Shown here piece after piece: positions 63,301 to 64,000 of a stretch of DNA of 64,000 nucleotides. The translations under genes were made by a program, and so were the position numbers. This stretch comes from Lama glama (lineage: Eukaryota), in assembly GCA_028534125.1 (NCBI GenBank), contig CM052816.1, positions 69,752,001 through 69,816,000 on the forward strand. Direction: 5' to 3'. The first letter of the stretch is position 1; each line of letters opens with the position of its first letter. A model generated the notes under the pieces. The model saw nothing but the letters and a program-made list of their open reading frames with translations, was not told the origin of the DNA and made no database searches.

Positions 63301-63619
63301 GGTTGTAATTTCTCCATTTTTCTTTCTTATTTTGCTTATTTGTGCTCTCTCTTTTCTTTGTGAGCTTGGCCAGAGGTTTGTCAATTTTATTTACTCGTTC
63401 AAAAAATCAGCTCTTGGTTTGCTTCATTTTTTTCTATTGTTTTTTTAATCTCTATTTTATTTATTTCCTCCCTGATCTTATGATTTCCTTCCTTCTGCTG
63501 ACTTTTGGGGTTTTTTGCTCTTCTTTTTCTAATTCTTTTAGCTGGTAGGTTAGAATTTTTTATTTGAGATTGTTCTTTTTTAAGGCCTGTATCGCTATAA
63601 ACTTCCCTCTTAGCACTGC
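60388..63619 (-). mobile_element. 5'-truncated lineage-specific LINE-1 (~3.2 kb)
   Basis: Poly(T) and 3' UTR start at 60388; ORF2 fragments follow; TSD CCAGAG(A/T)GTTC at 60377-60387 and 63620-63630. Confidence 0.97.
60804..63619 (-). pseudogene. Disrupted L1 ORF2p (end of endonuclease region, reverse transcriptase, C-terminal domain)
   Basis: ORF track: 61966-62724 has '[14 protein letters not shown]', 'SGTRRGCP', 'LYADDM', 'KYLGINL'; 60804-61187 has '[14 protein letters not shown]'. Split by several frameshifts and stops. Confidence 0.95.
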
Positions 63620-64000
63620 CCAGAGTGTTCATTTTTTATAACAATTTTTGAATGGTATAAAGGGCTTTCACAATTATGCTGACTTCTGTTTGACCCATAA
63701 AGGAAAGACATGTTCTGGTTTTGCTTTTCTCAGATGACTCCAGCCACCAATACTTTACATAACTCTTGACTTTTCAAGGTAAGACATTTAGGTTTAAAGT
63801 ACTTCCATGGAAGGAAAAATAGTATTTACCCTCACGTCCCCCCTCTGTCCCCTTTCCCGTCTGTCTGACCAGCCTGTGTATCTTTATGTAATCATTTTTT
63901 AGAAACTGATTCCCCTGTCTGGAATGCATATCTAAACAGAGGACTAGGTAACCCTGATACATGAGGCTAAGGGAATTGTTTCCCTTTTCCTATATACAGA

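Noticed and set aside
61220..63548. Plus-strand hydrophobic ORFs (61220, 62330, 63342)
   Set aside because: Antisense shadows of A-rich L1 ORF2.

Overview
AT-rich, CpG-poor mammalian non-coding DNA (intronic or intergenic). It is most likely from a camelid, because it carries six copies of a tRNA-Ala(AGC)-derived SINE resembling the camelid vic-1 family. I recognise no cellular protein-coding exon. The only convincing protein-like ORFs are frameshifted LINE-1 ORF2 fragments in a 5'-truncated L1 at 60388-63619 (minus strand). The rest is old L1M, L2, MIR and hAT/MER relics, short L1 3' tails with target-site duplications (TSDs), and microsatellites. The most notable signal is a pair of ~270-bp direct paralogous elements 4.2 kb apart (53221-53482 and 57448-57719). 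They have diverged except in discrete blocks: a 26-bp identical core, a TEAD-type site, NFI half-sites, and a CArG box that differs in sequence but fits the consensus in both copies. This suggests a duplicated SRF/TEAD-type enhancer. Also seen are a 129-bp locally templated insertion inside an old L1 3' end, a tails-out SINE/L1 composite, a solo poly(A) insertion, a PU.1/octamer/IRF motif cluster and several candidate small plus-strand exons. Repeat family names were assigned by eye from remembered consensus sequences, and boundaries of old repeats are approximate.
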